Assembly (NCBI GenBank): GCA_965262145.1
Contig: OZ253501.1
Location: 4,952,268-5,016,267 of the forward strand
Source of the DNA: Candidatus Latescibacterota bacterium
GTDB taxonomy: Bacteria; Latescibacterota; UBA2968
Reading direction: 5' to 3'
DNA: 64,000 nucleotides
Shown: positions 1 through 10,319 of the stretch, piece after piece
Position numbering within the stretch: position 1 is the first letter of the stretch
How the letters are laid out: each line of letters starts with the position of its first letter
Notes under the pieces: generated by a model
What the model saw: the letters and a program-made list of their open reading frames with translations, nothing else
Database searches by the model: none
What the model was told of the DNA's origin: nothing
Program-made: the position numbers and the translations under genes

Positions 1-73
1 TAGATGTATTGTGGACGAGCAAGGACTTGATACAGCTCAGAACTTCCTTGGCAATATGTATTAAAATAGCTGC

Positions 74-1096
74 TCATTTCATTGTCTCCAACAGTCGGGC
101 TATTTCCTGTGGCGACGGCAACTGTCCTTCGAGTTCTTTGGGCAACTGCCTGCTGACATGGTAGGTCGCCACGCCAATGGGCTTTCGGGCATCATGCAGG
201 GCATATTCGACCACGGTGCGGTTCTTTTCCTTACACAGGATGATACCGATGGATGGACCTTCACTCTCTTCGCGCACCTGTCGGTCCAGAGCAGTCAGGT
301 AAAACTGCATTTTTCCGACGAACTCCGGTCGAAACTTTCCCACCTTCAGCTCAATCGCCACCAGGCAACGCAGGCGACGGTGGAACAACAGCAAGTCAAT
401 AAAGAACTCCTCACCACCTACCTCCAGCCGGAACTGGCTTCCCATAAAGGCAAACATCCCGCCCATAGCACGTAGAAAGTCCTCGACACGGGCAATGAGA
501 GCCGTTTCCAGTTCTTTTTCGCTGTGTTCATCGCTCAATCCGAGGAAGTCAAAAGTATATTCGTCTCGCACCGCCAGTTCAGCCTGTACGCGAAGTTTTG
601 GCGTCAGGGCCTGATCGAAGTTGGTCTGGCCCAGCAGGGACTTTTCATAACTCTGGTTCTCAATCTGGTGTATAAGAACATTTCTTGTCCAGCCGAACTT
701 GCGGGTCATGCGAATATAAAATTCCCGTTCCAACGCGTCCTTGCAGCGCCCCATTATGACCAGGTTCTTGGCCCAACTGATTTCTCCAACCAGCGGTTGG
801 AGTTTTACATTTTCGTGGTATTCCAGAAAGAACTGCCGCATATACCACAGGTTCTGGGCAGAGTAACCCCGCATACCGGGAAACTCAGCCTGTAGGTCCG
901 CGGCAAGTTGCTGCACCACTGACTTCCCCCAACCTTCAACCTTTTGTCGCTCTGCGATCATCCGGCCTATGTCCCAGTACAGACCGACCAATTCCTTATT
1001 CACTGCTTTGAGTGCCGCATATCGGGCAGCACGGACGCGCTCCTTCACTTCCGCAAGGAGACCTGCGTAATCGTTTGATGGTATATTTCTACTCAT
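74..1096 (-). CDS. YhcG/DUF1016 family PD-(D/E)XK nuclease domain protein
   Basis: Motifs LYWDIG, WGKSVVQQLAADL, FFIDLLLFHRRLRCLVAIELK, GKMQFYL; AGGAG RBS before the ATG at 1096. Confidence 0.9.
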   Translation of the reverse strand: MSRNIPSNDYAGLLAEVKERVRAARYAALKAVNKELVGLYWDIGRMIAERQKVEGWGKSVVQQLAADLQAEFPGMRGYSAQNLWYMRQFFLEYHENVKLQPLVGEISWAKNLVIMGRCKDALEREFYIRMTRKFGWTRNVLIHQIENQSYEKSLLGQTNFDQALTPKLRVQAELAVRDEYTFDFLGLSDEHSEKELETALIARVEDFLRAMGGMFAFMGSQFRLEVGGEEFFIDLLLFHRRLRCLVAIELKVGKFRPEFVGKMQFYLTALDRQVREESEGPSIGIILCKEKNRTVVEYALHDARKPIGVATYHVSRQLPKELEGQLPSPQEIARLLETMK

Positions 1097-1453
1097 TGGC
1101 ACTCTCCTCTGTGTATCAACTTCTATGAATGGCTTGTAACATCCGGCGATAGTGCCAGAACTTCCGAGGTGTTATCGACATTTAATTTTTCTTGCTGAAA
1201 TACGCCCACAACTGTTAGATTAATGCTGCCCAGATATCCAATGGTCAACCCCGGGCTATGATCGAAACAAAATATAACGTTTTGCGTGAAGAGGGTGGCG
1301 TAAATACAACTTGATGATCATTATTTTTCTCAACGTCTGTTAAAAAAATATAAAACAATTTTGTAAAATAGAAATTGTGAAAGGTACCGAATGACAACTC
1401 GATTTGGCGATGAACGCGATTGGTTTTTGGAGAAAAGGGTGATGGAGTGAAAC

Positions 1454-2401
1454 ATGCCTCTTAATTCAATAGTTCTATATCGAGTCTTTGAGAAGGCGAG
1501 GCGTTCGACCAGCGAGTCTGTTCGAACTCTCTTGGAACGCAAGCATCTCTACCAGAATGTTGAGGCGGATATATCTGTTGACCGTGAAGAGATCATCAAA
1601 TTAGTATGTCCGGGTAGCCTTTATACCAGTAGGGATCACCTCCCTGGCAGGAGACTGGTACGTGATGACATTAAAGATGCCGTAGTGGACCATACCCGCA
1701 ACCTAGAAGCGGTACCATGGCGATTTTGGGTTGCCCAGCCGGACCCAGGCGGCATCAACAATGATTCACTGAAGTACAAGTCTCTCGACATTCAACTTCC
1801 AGATATCAAGGTTGTATGTGACTTCTGCGACGATACAGTTCAACCGCACAATCCTGTCCATGTAAACGGACTGGCAGATGGGTTAGCCGCTGAATTGGGC
1901 TCCCAGAAACAGATCTTCTTCTTTTCTTATCTGTGCCAGTCGTGCAAACGTGAAAGTGTGATTTACGTCGTAAGACGGGAAGGAAAGAGACTGACGATTG
2001 TAGGTAGAAGCCGCTTCGAATCTGTACCCATACCAAAGGCGATGAAGAAACTACCGGAGGCTCGATTCTATCGAGATGCGGTAATCGCTTTCAATACTGG
2101 AAGAACCCTGGCATCACTATTCTACCTGAGGACCCTAATAGAGCAGTACTTCCGACGTGTTCTCGCAGTGAATAAGGACGAGAAAGTTCGCGGAGAGGAT
2201 CTTGCCAAAGACTACCGGAAGCTACTGGATCCAGAATTCCCGATGAGATTTGACACTCTGGGAAATATCTACGAGTCCCTGAGCAATGCTGTGCACGCAG
2301 CATGTGATGACGAGGCACTATACATCAGCGCAAGGGACGACATCGAAAAACATTTTGAAGCCCTTGCTCTTCTCCCCATTTCACAGGCGTCAGGAACGTG
2401 A
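1454..2401 (+). CDS. Hypothetical protein with Zn-ribbon and DUF4145/HEPN-like C-terminus
   Basis: 315-aa ORF with GGAG RBS; CxxC pairs CDFC and CQSC; C-terminal FYRDAVIAF..LRTLIEQ..SNAVHA resembles DUF4145. Confidence 0.55.
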   Translation: MPLNSIVLYRVFEKARRSTSESVRTLLERKHLYQNVEADISVDREEIIKLVCPGSLYTSRDHLPGRRLVRDDIKDAVVDHTRNLEAVPWRFWVAQPDPGGINNDSLKYKSLDIQLPDIKVVCDFCDDTVQPHNPVHVNGLADGLAAELGSQKQIFFFSYLCQSCKRESVIYVVRREGKRLTIVGRSRFESVPIPKAMKKLPEARFYRDAVIAFNTGRTLASLFYLRTLIEQYFRRVLAVNKDEKVRGEDLAKDYRKLLDPEFPMRFDTLGNIYESLSNAVHAACDDEALYISARDDIEKHFEALALLPISQASGT

Positions 2402-2435
2402 GTGGACATCTCAAATCTCACCTTCGGAGAGAATC

Positions 2436-3161
2436 ATGTTTGGAGAAATTCGAAATAAAAGCGGTGAAAAATTGGATTATGCTTTTCACAGTGGAAATCC
2501 CGAGCGCAAACACATCGTAGTCCTGGGCCATGGCGTAACTGGCAACAAAGACAGACCATTTTTGGTCGCGCTATCACATGCATTGGAAGCCGAAGGATTC
2601 AACGTCCTGCGCTTCTCTTTTGCCGGCAATGGGGATTCAGAAGGGCGGTTTGAGGATGCGACCATTACAAAAGAAGTAGATGATTTGGGTGCCGTGCTGG
2701 ATGCCTTAAACGGATATACAATCTGTTATGCCGGACACAGTATGGGAGGTGCCGTAGGCGTATTGCGGGCAAGCACAGATACGCGCATTCAGCATCTCAT
2801 CTCTCTGGCCGGCATGGTAGATACAAAGGGATTTGCACAGCGCGAGTTTGGAGACGTCACCCCCAATAAAGGCAACATGTGGGACGACCCGGATTGCCCG
2901 CTATCCAGTGCGTATATGAATGACTTAACGGCCATCGACACCGTCGTAGATCGAGCATCTCAAATCTCGGTTCCATGGTTGCTCGTACACGGCACAGACG
3001 ACGATGTGGTGCCCATTGAAGACTCCCAGGCAATATTTAAGCGAGCTAACGAACCAAAAGAACTGGTCGTGCTGGACGGGGCAGATCACGTATTCAGCGA
3101 TGACGCAACACCCGCCATGAGTCAGACCGTTATTGATTGGATTGCGAGACAGGAGAGCTAA
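2436..3161 (+). CDS. Alpha/beta hydrolase
   Basis: GHG oxyanion motif, GHSMG nucleophile elbow, HGTDDDVVP, GADH; GGAGA RBS before ATG 2436. Confidence 0.9.
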   Translation: MFGEIRNKSGEKLDYAFHSGNPERKHIVVLGHGVTGNKDRPFLVALSHALEAEGFNVLRFSFAGNGDSEGRFEDATITKEVDDLGAVLDALNGYTICYAGHSMGGAVGVLRASTDTRIQHLISLAGMVDTKGFAQREFGDVTPNKGNMWDDPDCPLSSAYMNDLTAIDTVVDRASQISVPWLLVHGTDDDVVPIEDSQAIFKRANEPKELVVLDGADHVFSDDATPAMSQTVIDWIARQES

Positions 3162-4198
3162 TGCCTTCTAAAACATACCGAGCCGCGGTAATAGGTCTGG
3201 GGATGATCGGCGGTGCTGATCAAGTCTCAGGTGATATATTGGGTCAGCGCGTGGACAGTATGGATGGCACGCATACTTTTGCGTATCAGAACCATCCGCG
3301 TATCGACCTCGTGGCCGGTGCAAGCCGCGACCTGGGGCGACGCGAGCGCTATGAAGCGCGCACGGGTGCTGTAACTTATGAGAGTTGGCGTGAAATGATC
3401 GCCAACGAAACACTCGATATTGTCAGCATAGCGACCTATACCCCTACCCACGCGGAAATTGCCATAGCCTGTGCCGAACATGGCATTCCCGTCATCTATT
3501 GCGAAAAACCCGCGGCAACCACGGTGGTAGATGCCCAGCACATGCTCGAGGCTCAAAAGCACGGATTATTGGTTTTTAACCATCAGCGAAGATTTGATCC
3601 CAATTATCGCCGGCTTCGTGCGCTAATTGCCGATGGAGAACTGGGCACACTTATTTCTGCTACCCTTCAATGGCCGACGGGGCGATTGGGCAATGTGGGG
3701 ACACATGTAATTGACGCGCTCTTAATGCTTACCGGGCATCGCGTCCAATCGGTCTCTGCAACACTTGATCTGGCGGGAAAGCCAGATTGCCGCGGCGAGA
3801 CATTTCGCGATCCGGGCGGTTCGGGTGTGATGCGTATGGACGGCGGGCTGATGGTGACAGTGAGCGCACCCGATTATTCCGCAGCACCACCGCGAATGGA
3901 AATTAATGGAAATAAAGGACGGGCAATTATTGAGGCAAAAGGCGTCACACTTGAATACTGGACTGGTGAGACAGAACAATGGCCACCTCATGAAGATGGC
4001 GTTTCAGGGATGGATCGCGCCGTATCGGAAATCGTTGCCTATCTGGATGATCGCGCCCCATTTCCCTACAATGCCGAAGAAGCCATTCATACACTCGAAG
4101 CCATTGTCGCTTTCCACGCTTCTCATAAACAAAACGCAACCTATGTAGATCTCCCCTTATCGGGCAGCGACCGTGAGATTGTCGTGCTAAGCGGATAG
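3161..4198 (+). CDS. Gfo/Idh/MocA family oxidoreductase
   Basis: [19 protein letters not shown] motifs; TAATG overlap with the upstream gene. Confidence 0.9.
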   Translation: MPSKTYRAAVIGLGMIGGADQVSGDILGQRVDSMDGTHTFAYQNHPRIDLVAGASRDLGRRERYEARTGAVTYESWREMIANETLDIVSIATYTPTHAEIAIACAEHGIPVIYCEKPAATTVVDAQHMLEAQKHGLLVFNHQRRFDPNYRRLRALIADGELGTLISATLQWPTGRLGNVGTHVIDALLMLTGHRVQSVSATLDLAGKPDCRGETFRDPGGSGVMRMDGGLMVTVSAPDYSAAPPRMEINGNKGRAIIEAKGVTLEYWTGETEQWPPHEDGVSGMDRAVSEIVAYLDDRAPFPYNAEEAIHTLEAIVAFHASHKQNATYVDLPLSGSDREIVVLSG

Positions 4199-4214
4199 TG
4201 AACGAAAGGAATCT

Positions 4215-5396
4215 ATGCCGACCATTGGAACACCGCTTTCACCAACTGCAACCAAAGTACTCATGTGTGGCTCTGGCGAATTGGGAAAAGAAGTTGTAAT
4301 TGAACTCCAGCGCTATGGCGTTGAGGTAATTGCCGTAGATCGCTATGCCAATGCACCCGCGATGCAGGTAGCGCATCGGTCGCATGTCATTACCATGCTG
4401 GATGGGGACGCCCTGCGCGAAGTCATTAAAAAAGAACAGCCCGACTTAATCGTACCCGAAATTGAGGCAATCGCCACAGATACACTCATCGAATTGGAAA
4501 GTGAAGGATTCACAGTAATCCCAACAGCCAGAGCAGCCCGGCTGACAATGAACCGCGAGGGCATTCGCAGATTGGCTGCCGAGGAACTGGGACTAAAAAC
4601 ATCGCCCTATCGGTTTGCGTCGAATTTAGAAGAATACCGCGCAGCAATTCGGGAAATCGGAGTACCGTGTGTCATAAAACCAACCATGAGTTCATCGGGC
4701 AAAGGACAAAGCACCGTCAAAAATATGGCCGACGCCGAAAAATCGTGGACCTATGCACAGGAAGGTGCGCGTGGCGGTGCAGATGCGGTCATCGTGGAAG
4801 GATTTGTGGATTTTGATTATGAAATCACGCTATTGACCTTGCGCCACGCAGGAGGCACGAGCTTTTGCGCGCCAATAGGACATCGGCAGGTAGATGGCGA
4901 CTATCGCGAATCGTGGCAACCACAGCCAATGAGCGAGGCTGCATTTGCAGAATCACAACGGATGGGCAAGGCCATCACCGACGCGCTGGGCGGCCTCGGC
5001 ATTTTTGGAGTGGAATTATTTGTGAAAGGCGATGACATCTACTTCAGCGAAGTATCACCCCGCCCACACGACACGGGCATGGTGACCATGATATCGCAAG
5101 ACCTGTCCGAATTTGCCCTGCATGCGCGTGCAATTTTGGGATTGCCAGTTCCAAATATCAAAAACCACGGCCCGGCAGCTTCGCATGTGATCCTGGTAGA
5201 AGGGCATTCGCAACAGGTGCAATACGGCAATTTGGGCGCAACACTCACCGAACCCGATACACAGATCCGGTTATTTGGCAAGCCCGAGGTACAGGGAGAA
5301 CGGCGAATGGGAGTCGTACTTGCAAGGGGCGCATCACTGGAAGAAGCGCGCAAAAAAGCAAAAACGGGAGCGAAAGCGGTCCGTATCGCGCTTTGA
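4215..5396 (+). CDS. purT: Formate-dependent phosphoribosylglycinamide formyltransferase
   Basis: [35 protein letters not shown] motifs; 393 aa. Confidence 0.97.
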   Translation: MPTIGTPLSPTATKVLMCGSGELGKEVVIELQRYGVEVIAVDRYANAPAMQVAHRSHVITMLDGDALREVIKKEQPDLIVPEIEAIATDTLIELESEGFTVIPTARAARLTMNREGIRRLAAEELGLKTSPYRFASNLEEYRAAIREIGVPCVIKPTMSSSGKGQSTVKNMADAEKSWTYAQEGARGGADAVIVEGFVDFDYEITLLTLRHAGGTSFCAPIGHRQVDGDYRESWQPQPMSEAAFAESQRMGKAITDALGGLGIFGVELFVKGDDIYFSEVSPRPHDTGMVTMISQDLSEFALHARAILGLPVPNIKNHGPAASHVILVEGHSQQVQYGNLGATLTEPDTQIRLFGKPEVQGERRMGVVLARGASLEEARKKAKTGAKAVRIAL

Positions 5397-5419
5397 GAGA
5401 CTCTCTTATGGTGTATTGT

Positions 5420-5456
5420 AAAACTGCCGGACAATGAGCTTCGGCAGTTTTTATTT
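5420..5456. terminator. Bidirectional intrinsic terminator
   Basis: AAAACTGCCGG...TCGGCAGTTTTT hairpin between convergent genes. Confidence 0.75.
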
Positions 5457-6660
5457 AAGATAGAATCAGCCCGGCAACAGCGTCTTCATTAAGCGTAATA
5501 CCGAGGCCGGGTTTTTCACTCAGCGCAATATGCCCATTTTCAAACGACAAAGGTTCGGAAAGAAGCCCGTTGCCAAAAGGACCGCGCGCAAAACCGCTGG
5601 GACATTCAGAGATAAAAAAATTGGGAGTCGCCGCGCCAATATGAAGCCCCGCCATAAGATGAATAGGAGTACTCGTACTGACGTGGGACGCCCATGACAC
5701 GCCAAAAACATCGGCTAATTGTGCGATACGCAAAGTTTCAGAAATACCCCCAGCCCGACAAACATCGGGAAGAATAAGATCGCATTCCTTGTTGAGCAAT
5801 CGGTCTCGCACGACATAGCGGTTGCAATCTGTCTCCCCGACAGCGATTCGAATAGAAGTCGATTGGGCCAGCTGCCGATACCCTTGATGATCCTCGGGAA
5901 AAAGAGCATCTTCAAACCATTCTACGTTACCGAGATTTTCGAGCAACCGGACGAAGCGGAGGGCGTCTTTAATATCAAATCCGCCGTGCGCGTCAACGAG
6001 CAGCTTACCGCGGTCTCCCACAGCGCGTGACATCTCGCGGACAATGTGCATTTGCTCGTCTATCGTCCCTCGTCCACAGGACGTTTTCACAACAGAAAAA
6101 CCCTCGTCCAAAACCTTTTCAATCCCCTCGCTACGAGATTCAACGGTCTGACCCGGCGTACCCGATGAATACACGGGAATTTGCAAACGGTACGGACCAC
6201 CAAGCAAACGATAGATGGGTTCGTTATAGTATTTTCCGCGTATATCCCAAAGTGCGATATCGATCCCCGCAATCGCTTCCAGTGTAAAACCCTGCGTATG
6301 TGAGCGCAGGCGCATCGTCGAAAACATGCGTTCCCACAAAACGTCGATTGAGCGCGGGTCCTCACCGATAAGCACAGGACTTAACAAATCTTCTACAATC
6401 GTTTTGACAACGCGAGGCGCAGCCGGGGCATGGGCTTCGCCAATGCCCTCAATGCCATTATCTGTACGCACGCGAATAAGCGCTGTCGATCGCCCCGAGG
6501 GATAGACACAGAGGTGTCGCGTATCGGCTCTGCCGGAAAAGATTTGCGTGGATTGGGGCGCGACTTGCGGAAATTTTAATCCTGCGGTATCTTCATATTG
6601 CGTCGCACTCTGTTGGTGAGCGGTAGAGAGAATATCGCAGGTAATAGCGGTGATTTTCAT
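5455..6660 (-). CDS. Mandelate racemase/muconate lactonizing enzyme family protein
   Basis: AGIDIALWDI, LLVDAH, WFEDAL, AVGE, KPGLGI motifs; AGGAG RBS before ATG 6660. Confidence 0.9.
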   Translation of the reverse strand: MKITAITCDILSTAHQQSATQYEDTAGLKFPQVAPQSTQIFSGRADTRHLCVYPSGRSTALIRVRTDNGIEGIGEAHAPAAPRVVKTIVEDLLSPVLIGEDPRSIDVLWERMFSTMRLRSHTQGFTLEAIAGIDIALWDIRGKYYNEPIYRLLGGPYRLQIPVYSSGTPGQTVESRSEGIEKVLDEGFSVVKTSCGRGTIDEQMHIVREMSRAVGDRGKLLVDAHGGFDIKDALRFVRLLENLGNVEWFEDALFPEDHQGYRQLAQSTSIRIAVGETDCNRYVVRDRLLNKECDLILPDVCRAGGISETLRIAQLADVFGVSWASHVSTSTPIHLMAGLHIGAATPNFFISECPSGFARGPFGNGLLSEPLSFENGHIALSEKPGLGITLNEDAVAGLILS

Positions 6661-6762
6661 TTGCTGCTCCTGGGATGTATTGCAAAAAATACGGACAGAT
6701 AAGAAAATAGAGTGAAAACTCGCTATTTGCAAATTTCTGTCCGCACTGTGTAAGAGGATTTA

Positions 6763-7107
6763 ATGAATGCGATTGAAGCCCATATTGACCGAGCCACTAT
6801 TCAGGCCATAACGCGACTGATTGTCGAACGCTTTGATCCGGAACAGATCATTCTCTTCGGCAGCCATGCACGCGGAGAGGCTAACGAGCACAGCGATTTG
6901 GATCTGCTGGTCGTGATGCATGTAGATGTGGGACGACGCCAGCATGGCAATCCTATTCGTAGGGCAATTGCCGAGCGTTTTGTGTTGCCCGTCGATGTAA
7001 TTATTCGCTCTCCTGAAGTCTTTGCCGAACAGCGCAACAATCCATATTCCATGATTCACAAGGTGCTGGAAGAAGGAGAAGTAGTATATGAACGACGAGT
7101 CGCCTGA
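6763..7107 (+). CDS. Minimal nucleotidyltransferase (MNT antitoxin type)
   Basis: IILFGSHARGEANEHSDLDLLVV motif. Confidence 0.9.
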   Translation: MNAIEAHIDRATIQAITRLIVERFDPEQIILFGSHARGEANEHSDLDLLVVMHVDVGRRQHGNPIRRAIAERFVLPVDVIIRSPEVFAEQRNNPYSMIHKVLEEGEVVYERRVA

Positions 7108-7168
7108 ACGGGATTGGTTTGAGAAGGCAGATCAAGATATTGCTACTTTAGTCATGATGGGTTAGATA
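7088..7168 (+). pseudogene. Truncated HEPN toxin, N-terminal fragment
   Basis: ATG overlaps the MNT end; reads MNDESPERDWFEKADQDIATLVMMG-stop, and WxxKAxxD is a typical first helix of HEPN proteins partnered with MNT. Confidence 0.65.
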
Positions 7169-7942
7169 GTGAGAAAGTGTAAAAAAATATCAAAAGAGGA
7201 ATGCTTAGAACTGCGGAAAAGATTGCAGAAAGCAAGATATCAGGTCTTGGTAGATGGAGAAAATTGGTTAGAGATAGCACAAGCAATTGAGGCAGTGGGA
7301 AATGCAATCGCGATGGAGAAAGAGGTCGGAAAAGGGCTGGGCAAACTGAAAAAGTCACTTCAACAATTTGTAAAAAAATGCCACCCGACAACAGGCCAGG
7401 AAAAAGAGAAAGTAGAAAGAGGGCCATTCGAGAGCACGTTTGAAAACCTCTTGGCAGAAGTAATCGAAGCGCGGAACCAAGAAGCACATACGGGAGCGGC
7501 AGCACGGGCAGCGGCGAGAATAGCAACAGTAGCAGGAATCTATTTGGAGGACGCCTTAATGGCAGCAAGTGGCGCAGAGAAGGATGGGGTAAAAGCTTAC
7601 ATACAAACAGAGGTAGTACGAGCCTACAAATGGCAGAAGCTGGGAGAGTGCAGGCGACTGATGTTGATACACTCTTTCTCATACCTGCCCGTAAAAATAG
7701 GAAATGAATGGAAAATTTTAGCGGACGCAGACTTAGCAAAATACTTGGCGGATAAAGGCCCAGATGGACGGAAGCAGACTGTAGAAGATGCGAAAAAAAA
7801 CGGACTAAAAATAAAAAAAGCTGACGAAGTGAAATCAGCCTACAGCAAGCTGCGAGCCTTAGAAATAATGAAAGGGAAGGCAGCAGTTGTGATGAGAGAA
7901 GGAGACCTCGTGGGTATCATAACTCCATTTGACTTGCTTTAG
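7169..7942 (+). CDS. CBS-domain protein with possible N-terminal HEPN-like domain
   Basis: CBS-like MLIHSFSYLPV and LVGIITPFDLL; RNQEAH fits R-x4-H; strongly purine-rich coding strand. Confidence 0.7.
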   Translation: MRKCKKISKEECLELRKRLQKARYQVLVDGENWLEIAQAIEAVGNAIAMEKEVGKGLGKLKKSLQQFVKKCHPTTGQEKEKVERGPFESTFENLLAEVIEARNQEAHTGAAARAAARIATVAGIYLEDALMAASGAEKDGVKAYIQTEVVRAYKWQKLGECRRLMLIHSFSYLPVKIGNEWKILADADLAKYLADKGPDGRKQTVEDAKKNGLKIKKADEVKSAYSKLRALEIMKGKAAVVMREGDLVGIITPFDLL

Positions 7943-8079
7943 AGGAGGCGCGCAGAAGCAGCAGGGGACGGGAATTCATTTTACAAACAACTTGCTCAAT
8001 ATCGCTTGCAAATTCGGTAAATTGGTTTCTAATCCCTAAATCAAAAAACTTACAAGAAACTTTTAACAGGAGACGGATA

Positions 8080-9441
8080 ATGGCCCAGCAATCACATTTA
8101 TTAAACGACGAGGCGATATTACATTTTATTGCACGGGGATATTGCGTGGTCAAGACCAGTGTCGCGCCACATATCCACGCGCAAATACTGACAGATGCAA
8201 AAAAGGCTACGGCAGAGGGAAACCCGGGCAATGACATATTGCACGCCGCGCCGGGCTTGCGCGAAATTTTTGACGACGAAGCGATGGTCGGCGCGCTATC
8301 GAGTATCCTGGGCGATTCGTATGTCATGCACTGTCACAGGCATTGCCATCGCAATCCCGCGGGCACAGAAGGCCGAACGTTTCATCAGGACGGTTCAACG
8401 CGCCGATTTGCTGGCTGGAGCCGACCGTGGCGGCGGCATCATCGCCCGCGAACTGTAATGGCGATTTGTTATCCGCACCAAACGCCGATTGAAATGGGAC
8501 CCACTGGCGTGATACCCGGAACGCAGTATTACAGTGCGAAACCAAAAAATGAGTTCGATTACGAATTCCCATTTGCGGTCGTAGATCCCGGCGATGTCTT
8601 GCTTGTACATTTTGATTTGTTTCACCGCGTATCCAGCAACATAAGTGACCGCGACCGGTATATGATGAAATTTTTATTTAAGCGCACAGAAGAGCCAACA
8701 GCGCCGAGTTGGCATGCCGCATCGAATTTTGATCCCGATTTCGATACCCTTGCACACCGGATAGAACCCGACCATCCATCCGATGTATTATTGCGCCATC
8801 CCCTCGTATGGGAATTTATGTGGCACTGGATGCGCGGTGAACCTCTGCCCGAATGGGGTGATGACGCGCTCGTCTCCGTAGATGATATGATGCACAACTT
8901 GAACAGCGATGATCCAAGTGTCGTGCTAAATGCGACATACTCCCTGGGGCGATTGGACAAACGCGCAGTACCCGCATTGATGGATATATTGCTGGGACCA
9001 GATGAAACACTCCGAGAGCAAGTTCCCGCAGCACTATCAGCAGCAGGAGGACACGCAGTAGATCCGCTCATCCATGCATTGACACACTCGGACGACTGGG
9101 TGCGCGCAACCGCTGCAGATACCCTGGGCGATATTGGTTTGCCAGCCCTTGACGCACTACCCGCTATTCGCAACGCACTTTCAGACCGCGACGACTGGGT
9201 GCGCCACAACGCCACGCGCGCATTGACCATCTGGAGTAAAGCCGCCGAAATCGCCCGCGATGATTTGCTGACAACACTAAAAGACCAGGAGCCATTTGTC
9301 GGCTTCAACGCGCTGACGGCTTTGGAACACATGGACTGTATTGATGACGCACAAGTACTGCCACTGTTGAAAGCAATGCAAAACCACCAGCACGGGCGAT
9401 TGCGCTACCAGATAAACGAAATGCTACAGCGCGTCGCCTGA
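8080..9441 (+). CDS. Phytanoyl-CoA dioxygenase (PhyH) family protein with HEAT repeats
   Basis: FHQDG, GPTGVIPGT, LFHR motifs; C-terminal VRATAADTLG-type HEAT repeats. Confidence 0.85.
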   Translation: MAQQSHLLNDEAILHFIARGYCVVKTSVAPHIHAQILTDAKKATAEGNPGNDILHAAPGLREIFDDEAMVGALSSILGDSYVMHCHRHCHRNPAGTEGRTFHQDGSTRRFAGWSRPWRRHHRPRTVMAICYPHQTPIEMGPTGVIPGTQYYSAKPKNEFDYEFPFAVVDPGDVLLVHFDLFHRVSSNISDRDRYMMKFLFKRTEEPTAPSWHAASNFDPDFDTLAHRIEPDHPSDVLLRHPLVWEFMWHWMRGEPLPEWGDDALVSVDDMMHNLNSDDPSVVLNATYSLGRLDKRAVPALMDILLGPDETLREQVPAALSAAGGHAVDPLIHALTHSDDWVRATAADTLGDIGLPALDALPAIRNALSDRDDWVRHNATRALTIWSKAAEIARDDLLTTLKDQEPFVGFNALTALEHMDCIDDAQVLPLLKAMQNHQHGRLRYQINEMLQRVA

Positions 9442-9461
9442 CCGAATGTTGAGGAGGTATA

Positions 9462-10289
9462 ATGTCTTCCAAACGCGAGCAGTTGATTCAGGACGGATTC
9501 TGTGTATTTGAAAATGTACTCACCTCCGAAATGGTTGAGCGCACAAACGAGGCATCTAACCGCCTGTTAGACGCGCAAGATGCCGAGTATTTTGAAGCAC
9601 AGAAATCGACGGGAAGTTTGATCAGCATTTACCATGACGACTTTTTTGCCGAACTGATCGCCTGGCCAAAAGCACTAAATGCTTTGCGAGAAATGGGCTT
9701 TGTCCAACCTACTTTCTCATCCGGTTTTATAATTAGCAAACCCCCGCACAGCCCGCCCCTATTCTGGCATCAGGATTGGTGGGGATGGAATGATCCCGTG
9801 AGCTACGTACCCATGCCACAACAGGTATTTTTGATGTATTACCTCGTAAACACCTCGCGTGAAAACGGGTGTTTGAGATTGATCGAAGGCTCGCATCTGA
9901 AACGACACCCCCTACACGACATAACCCCCGAAGCACACACCGAAGATTTGCGGCGCGTATCCGATCCAGACCATCCCGCTTATCAGTCGTATCCCGACGA
10001 GCGAGATGTTCCCGTACGCGCTGGCGATCTGGTCATCGGTGATTCGCGGTTATTGCACAGCGCACGCGCCAATAAAACGGATCAGCGGCGGACAGTGATC
10101 ACACTGTGGTACCACCCGATATATAATGACTTGCCCGCAGGCATGCGCGCCCGCCTGGCAAACCGGCACCCGATTCCAGATCACTGGTCTGAAGAAGCCG
10201 CCCGCAAGCTCGCACCTTTGATGCCCGTTTACGAAGGCGATTGCGAAGAACTCGAATGGAATCGCATTCCCGGACCTGCATTGGTGTGA
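9462..10289 (+). CDS. Phytanoyl-CoA dioxygenase family protein
   Basis: WHQD, ENGCLRLIEGSH, LLHSARAN motifs. Confidence 0.9.
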   Translation: MSSKREQLIQDGFCVFENVLTSEMVERTNEASNRLLDAQDAEYFEAQKSTGSLISIYHDDFFAELIAWPKALNALREMGFVQPTFSSGFIISKPPHSPPLFWHQDWWGWNDPVSYVPMPQQVFLMYYLVNTSRENGCLRLIEGSHLKRHPLHDITPEAHTEDLRRVSDPDHPAYQSYPDERDVPVRAGDLVIGDSRLLHSARANKTDQRRTVITLWYHPIYNDLPAGMRARLANRHPIPDHWSEEAARKLAPLMPVYEGDCEELEWNRIPGPALV

Positions 10290-10319
10290 TGGGTTAAAAC
10301 CACTATAAAAGACAAAAAC

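Noticed and set aside
1200-1345. attC-like core sites (also near 35510 and 49690)
   Set aside because: No convincing paired L/R boxes could be built and no integron integrase is in the window
7152-7739. 195-aa antisense ORF, and similar shadow ORFs such as 8622-9332, 44380-45219 and 45611-46258
   Set aside because: Antisense to well-supported genes and lacking recognisable motifs
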